From NCBI GenBank assembly GCA_031549385.1, contig JAVBPW010000001.1, positions 96,001 through 160,000 on the forward strand: a stretch of 64,000 nt of DNA, read 5' to 3'. A program made the position numbers and the translations under genes. Shown piece by piece: positions 59,616 to 64,000 of the stretch (position 1 is the stretch's first letter; every line of letters starts with the position of its first letter). Source of the stretch: Alphaproteobacteria bacterium (GTDB lineage Bacteria; Pseudomonadota; Alphaproteobacteria; Rs-D84; SZUA-605). The notes under the pieces were generated by a model. The model saw only the letters and a program-made list of their open reading frames with translations. It made no database searches and was not told the origin of the DNA.

Positions 59616-59925
59616 GCCGAAAGGATATGGTGTTAAACCTTTATTGAAATAGGCTTTATGGACCCGGGGGCGGTACCCGGCAGCTCCACCATCAAAAAAA
59701 GATTTTATTATGGGGCTGATACAGATTCGACATTTGCAATAAAGAGTAGAGCTATGCCCGATGTTACTATCGTTAAAAAGTATTTAAATATAAATGCAAA
59801 TTCTAACAATAGATTAGCTTTAGCTGCTTAATTTAAGCGAAAAAGCGAACCGCATTTAGCGCAATCCTTAATTGTCTAATCACGATTAAGTGGGGTTTTT
59901 GGGGGACCTATCAACAGAACCCCCT
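59616..59925 (+). ncRNA. ssrA: two-piece (circularly permuted) tmRNA
   Basis: Acceptor 3' end CCGGGGGCGGTACCCGGCAGCTCCACCA (ends 59691) precedes the 5' end GGGGCTGA (59712); tag ORF ANSNNRLALAA* at 59796-59831; terminal GGGG..CAACAGAACCCC stem; outer ends approximate. Confidence 0.93.
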
Positions 59926-59961
59926 TTCCACCTGACGTGGACACTTTCATTTTTTCATTAA

Positions 59962-60018
59962 ATTATTAAAACTATTAAAAAGAGGCTTTTTAACAGTTTT
60001 AACAATAAATAATAATAA
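59962..60018 (+). repeat. dispersed element, copy 9 (variant)
   Basis: ATTATTAAAACTATTAAAAA-GAGGC-TTTTTAACA-GTTTTAACA-ATAAATAATAATAA. Confidence 0.88.
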
Positions 60019-60042
60019 TTTTTTAATTAATGTTAGATATTT

Positions 60043-60063
60043 AAAAACCCGCTTGAGCGGGTT
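60043..60063 (-). terminator. intrinsic terminator of gap
   Basis: AACCCGC-TTGA-GCGGGTT with an A-tract on the left (U-tract on the minus strand). Confidence 0.7.
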
Positions 60064-60068
60064 AGTTT

Positions 60069-61073
60069 TTACATTTTCTTGCCAATTGCTGACATAGTAT
60101 CAATCATACGATTAGAGAAACCCCATTCGTTATCATACCATGAAACAACACGTAAGAATCTTTTTCCTACAACTTCTGTTTGAGTTGAATCAAAAATTGA
60201 TGATGCTGGATTGTGTGTGAAATCAACTGAAACTAATGGAAGAGCATTATATTCTAAAACACCTTCTAGTTCTGTTGTTGAAGCTAATAACATAGCTTTA
60301 TTTACTTCTTCAATTGTTACATCTTTTGCAACTGTTACACATAAGTCAACCATAGATACATCTGGAGTTGGAACACGGATTGCACATCCTTTCAACTTTC
60401 CATCTATACTTGGGATAACTTTACCAATAGCATTAGCAGCACCAGTTGATGATGGAATCATAGATAATGCAGCTGCACGTGCACGACGTAAGTCTTTGTG
60501 TGCTGTGTCTACTAATTTTTGATCCCCAGTATAAGCATGAACTGTTGTCATGTAACCTTCTACTATTCCAAAGTTCTTATCAATTACTGATGCGATTGGA
60601 GCTAGACAGTTTGTTGTACATGATGCGTTTGAAAACATTGTCATATCTGATGTAATTTTTTCATGATTTACACCGTATACGATAGTTAGATCATCACCTT
60701 TTGCAGGAGCTGAAATTAATACTTTCTTTGCGCCAGCTGTTAAATGAGCTGATGCTTTTTCTTTGTCTGTAAATACTCCAGTGCATTCTGCTACTATATC
60801 AATTCCTAATTTTCCCCATGGAAGATTTGCAGGATCTTTTTCTGCAAAGAATTCAATCTTTTTGCCGTTAATTACTAAGGCATTTCCTTCTACCTTTACA
60901 TCATATGGAGCGATACCATGAACGCTGTCATATTTTAATAGATGTGCAGTTGTTTCAATTTCACTTAAATCGTTTACTGCTACAATTTCTATATCTTTAT
61001 TATCACTTTCTAAATAAGCTGACAAAACAAGTCTTCCAATTCGACCCATTCCGTTTATTGCTACTTTTGTCAT
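60069..61073 (-). CDS. gap: type I glyceraldehyde-3-phosphate dehydrogenase
   Basis: VAINGMGRIGR, SNASCTTNCLAP, DLRRARAAA, RVPT, WYDNEWGFS. Confidence 0.98.
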   Translation of the reverse strand: MTKVAINGMGRIGRLVLSAYLESDNKDIEIVAVNDLSEIETTAHLLKYDSVHGIAPYDVKVEGNALVINGKKIEFFAEKDPANLPWGKLGIDIVAECTGVFTDKEKASAHLTAGAKKVLISAPAKGDDLTIVYGVNHEKITSDMTMFSNASCTTNCLAPIASVIDKNFGIVEGYMTTVHAYTGDQKLVDTAHKDLRRARAAALSMIPSSTGAANAIGKVIPSIDGKLKGCAIRVPTPDVSMVDLCVTVAKDVTIEEVNKAMLLASTTELEGVLEYNALPLVSVDFTHNPASSIFDSTQTEVVGKRFLRVVSWYDNEWGFSNRMIDTMSAIGKKM

Positions 61074-61210
61074 TTTTATCTCCTTTTTTATTAAAGAACC
61101 ACCATTATAAACTATATTTTTTAAATATTAAAGTGTTGATTTAATTTTTTTTTTGTTATATAAATAGTTCCCGTTATTAACAATTTAAGCTGCCCAGGGG
61201 GTGATTTTAT

Positions 61211-61417
61211 ATGGTGAAAGTAGTAGTTAGAAATAATAATGTTGAACAAGCTATCAACGTTATTAAGAAAAAAGCCCAAAAAGAAGGCTTGGGACGCGAA
61301 ATCAAAATGAGAATGGCATTTGAAAAACCTACTGAAAGACGTAAAAGACTCTTTAAAGAAGCAGTTAGACGCGAAAATAAAAGACTTTCTAAAGAAAAAA
61401 TGTTCTTTGGAAAATAG
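61211..61417 (+). CDS. rpsU: 30S ribosomal protein S21
   Basis: VVVRNNNVEQA...KKK.QKEG..REIK.R..FEKP.E. Confidence 0.93.
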   Translation: MVKVVVRNNNVEQAINVIKKKAQKEGLGREIKMRMAFEKPTERRKRLFKEAVRRENKRLSKEKMFFGK

Positions 61418-61442
61418 GAACCTGACGTTCCATCGCTTTATT

Positions 61443-61469
61443 AGGGTTTGATTATTCAAGCCCTTTTTT
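61443..61469 (+). terminator. intrinsic terminator of rpsU
   Basis: AGGGTTTGA-TTAT-TCAAGCCCT plus T-tract. Confidence 0.7.
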
Positions 61470-61479
61470 AATTGATGCT

Positions 61480-61535
61480 ATCCTATGAAATTATTAAAAA
61501 CATGGTTTTTAACAATTTAACAGGATTAATAATAA
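61480..61535 (+). repeat. dispersed element, copy 10
   Basis: ATCCTATGAAATTATTAAAAA-CATGG-TTTTTAACA-ATTTAACA-GGATTAATAATAA. Confidence 0.9.
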
Positions 61536-61556
61536 CTATTTTATTCTATATATAAA

Positions 61557-61883
61557 TTAATAATCGAAGTTTGTTGGTTCGTCTGAAATACCAGTATCCT
61601 CAGTCCAATTAGATTCTTGAGCAGGTTCTGGCTCAGAAACTGGTTGCGGAGCTGATGTTGCTGGTTGTGCAGTTGAAGCTTTTTTATCTTTTGATGCTTT
61701 TACTTCTGATACAGATTGTGAAATATTATTTTTAATAGTTTTAGCGTCTACTTTTATTACTTTCGTTTTCTTTGTTGTTGCGGGATACTTTTGTTTTATG
61801 TAATCAATAGCATAAAAATATCCAAAAACTAAAGCAGATATTAAAATGATTATAAAAAATGCTTTTATTAAAAACTTTTTCAT
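61557..61883 (-). CDS. membrane-anchored hypothetical protein
   Basis: N-terminal TM, low-complexity tail; AAGGA SD. Confidence 0.7.
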   Translation of the reverse strand: MKKFLIKAFFIIILISALVFGYFYAIDYIKQKYPATTKKTKVIKVDAKTIKNNISQSVSEVKASKDKKASTAQPATSAPQPVSEPEPAQESNWTEDTGISDEPTNFDY

Positions 61884-61886
61884 ATT

Positions 61887-62804
61887 TTATCCTTGCAGTT
61901 TTTTCATTCTGTTTATAATTTCTTTATCTTCTTTCGGGTTTCCCTTTAAACGATCAGTTTCTTTTCCATCTTTTAAAAAGATTAATATTGGAACAGGTTC
62001 TTTTAATAGATTATAATTTGATGCAATTTTCTTTTCTGCATCTATATCAACTTTTATAATTTTTACATTAGGATAATCTTTAGAAACTTCTTCAAGCTTT
62101 TTATCCAATGCTTTGCAATGACTACACCAATTTGCTCCAAAATCTAAAACAACTAAACCTGATTTAATTTCTTTTTCAAGAGCACTTTCCTTGTTTGATT
62201 CTGTTGATGCTTTGGCTGCTGTTTGTTGTTTCTTTTGTTCTTCTTCAATCTTCATTTCTTTGATTTCTTGATTAACAAGGTCTGAACCTTTTTCATTTAA
62301 CACTTTAAGCATTTGAAATTGCTTTGAGCTAAATCCTTCTGGAATATCTTTAGGATTTTTTCTTACATAGCTCTCAGACCAAAGATATAAATTTTCTAAA
62401 TCTTTTTGATTTTCTGGAAGCGGTTGTGTCATGATAGCTTCTAATTTTTTCTCTGTTTCTGTTTTTGGTTTTTCTTTTTTTCCTGATTCTTCTTTAGGTT
62501 TATTAGCCAAATAACGTTTTGTTTGAATACTGTCTATTTCTTCTGATACATTTCCTCTTTGAACACCTTGAACTATATTTGTTGTTGCAAGAACACCTGT
62601 TAAAGATAATGTAGATATACCTGCTATTTTAAAATTCTTTACTGAGTTTGCACAATTTTCTAAATCAGCTTCTTTTTTTGCTCTTAAATCAGACAACTCT
62701 TTAATTTGCTTATCCATTTGAATAAGCTCTCTGTCCAAAGCTTCAATGCTTTGAGCAAATGAATTTGTGCATAGTAATAATGATATAGCTAATATTTTAT
62801 TCAT
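61887..62804 (-). CDS. exported coiled-coil protein with C-terminal thioredoxin domain
   Basis: Signal peptide (NSFA); VVLDFGANWCSHCK, KVDID, VPILIFLKDG. Confidence 0.85.
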   Translation of the reverse strand: MNKILAISLLLCTNSFAQSIEALDRELIQMDKQIKELSDLRAKKEADLENCANSVKNFKIAGISTLSLTGVLATTNIVQGVQRGNVSEEIDSIQTKRYLANKPKEESGKKEKPKTETEKKLEAIMTQPLPENQKDLENLYLWSESYVRKNPKDIPEGFSSKQFQMLKVLNEKGSDLVNQEIKEMKIEEEQKKQQTAAKASTESNKESALEKEIKSGLVVLDFGANWCSHCKALDKKLEEVSKDYPNVKIIKVDIDAEKKIASNYNLLKEPVPILIFLKDGKETDRLKGNPKEDKEIINRMKKLQG

Positions 62805-62852
62805 AAGGTTTATTATAACATAAAATTGTTATTTTTTAAAGACGACTTTTAA

Positions 62853-62910
62853 ATAACTTATTAAATTATTAAAAAACAGGTTTTTAACAATTTAACAAGT
62901 TTAATAATAA
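62853..62910 (+). repeat. dispersed element, copy 11
   Basis: ATAACTTATTAAATTATTAAAAA-ACAGG-TTTTTAACA-ATTTAACA-AGTTTAATAATAA; between divergent genes. Confidence 0.9.
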
Positions 62911-63083
62911 CATTTAATTTTTTATTGAAAATATCTTAAATTTTTCCTATAATTAAGTTTATGAAAATATTTAGAACAAATTTTTGTTTTTTCACTACAA
63001 CCCCTTAAGGGGTCATTTCGCTATTTTTTACTTTCAATTTTATAAAAAAATAATACAATAATTAAAAACAAAAAGGATTTTAA

Positions 63084-64000
63084 ATGTCTTATTCTATTAA
63101 TGTTATTCGCCATTCTCTTGCACACGTTATGGCCGCTGCTGTGAAAAATCTCTTTGGAGATGTTAAATTTGCTATTGGACCTGACATAGATAATGGTTTT
63201 TACTATGACTTTGACTTGGAACACAGATTCAGCGAAGAAGATTTTGCTAAGATTGAATTTGAAATGAGAAAAATAATTAAATCAGATGGAAGATTTGTAC
63301 GAGAAGCACTAAGCAAAGACGAAGCGCTTAAAATGTTTGCTGATCAACCATATAAAATAGATTTAATACAAAACTTACCAGCAGATGAAGAAATTTCTGT
63401 TTATAAACTTCGTAACTTTGTAGATTTATGTAGAGGACCTCATGTTGATTCTACTTCAGATTTACCTCGTGATAGTTTCAAACTTGATAAAATAGCTGGA
63501 GCTTATTGGAGAGGTGATTCTAATAATAAAATGCTTCAAAGAATTTATGCTCTTGTATTTGCAACTAAAGAAGAACTTGATGCTTATATTGCTCAACGTG
63601 AAGAAGCTGAAAAAAGAGACCACAGAAAATTAGGACCTGCTTTGGATCTTTTCCACTTTGAGCCAGATTATGCACCAGGTGCTGTTTTTTGGCATGATAA
63701 AGGGTATACAATTTATCGTAACCTAATTGAATTTATGAGAAAGAAACAACAAGATGCTGGCTATATAGAAGTAAAAACTCCACGTGTAATGGACAGAGTT
63801 TTATGGGAAACTTCAGGTCACTGGGAAAAATATGGTCAACATAATTATTCTGGCAAAACTGAAGATGATAAAGTGTTTTGTATACGACCTATGAATTGCC
63901 CTGGTGGAATGTTGATTTTCGGACAAGGCATTAAATCATATAAAGATTTACCTTTAAGAGTTGCAGAATTTGGTGAAGTAAATCGTTATGAAGCAAGTGG
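63084..64000 (+). CDS. thrS: threonine--tRNA ligase (partial; lacks N-terminal TGS domain)
   Basis: Manual translation MSYSINVIRHSLAHVMA...IGPDIDNGFYYDF...DLCRGPHV...AGAYWRGD...RDHRKLG...SGHWEKY...RPMNCPG. Confidence 0.97.
   Translation, partial: MSYSINVIRHSLAHVMAAAVKNLFGDVKFAIGPDIDNGFYYDFDLEHRFSEEDFAKIEFEMRKIIKSDGRFVREALSKDEALKMFADQPYKIDLIQNLPADEEISVYKLRNFVDLCRGPHVDSTSDLPRDSFKLDKIAGAYWRGDSNNKMLQRIYALVFATKEELDAYIAQREEAEKRDHRKLGPALDLFHFEPDYAPGAVFWHDKGYTIYRNLIEFMRKKQQDAGYIEVKTPRVMDRVLWETSGHWEKYGQHNYSGKTEDDKVFCIRPMNCPGGMLIFGQGIKSYKDLPLRVAEFGEVNRYEAS

Noticed and set aside
61174-61189. TTATTAACAATTTAAG as another repeat copy
   Set aside because: Only one box-like 9-mer, with no left arm or trio tail; plausible by chance in AT-rich DNA

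Overview
AT-rich chromosomal segment of an alphaproteobacterium (GcrA, DUF3126, DUF2155, permuted two-piece tmRNA), probably a reduced, host-associated or uncultivated lineage (inference); standard genetic code. Most of it is housekeeping: mraZ-rsmH-ftsL, tsaD, frameshifted prfB, ftsK, rpmE, gcrA, ihfB-accD-accA-aas, kef-lspA-fpr-ruvC, gatCA, tolB, lepA, frr-uppS-cdsA-rseP-bamA, rpsP-rimM-trmD-rplS-mlaD, gap, rpsU, thrS, plus tRNA-Lys, tRNA-Thr and tmRNA. Two things stand out. (1) A ~58-bp intergenic element occurs in 11 full copies, all in the same orientation regardless of neighbouring transcription. It consists of inverted pairs of DnaA-box-like 9/8-mers followed by DnaA-trio-like NTA repeats, and its covarying stems fold best on the minus strand; it is a candidate replichore-polarised DnaA loading/unwinding module outside oriC. 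(2) A 29-43.6 kb accessory locus holds an orphan phage tail-fibre module, five tandem Cys-motif VirB6/TrbL-like membrane paralogs (one apparently with an ATA start codon) and a divergent operon (large coiled-coil protein, membrane NERD-like protein, degenerate HNH, SUKH/SMI1-like immunity protein, RHH). All family assignments come from motif recognition by eye, not database searches.
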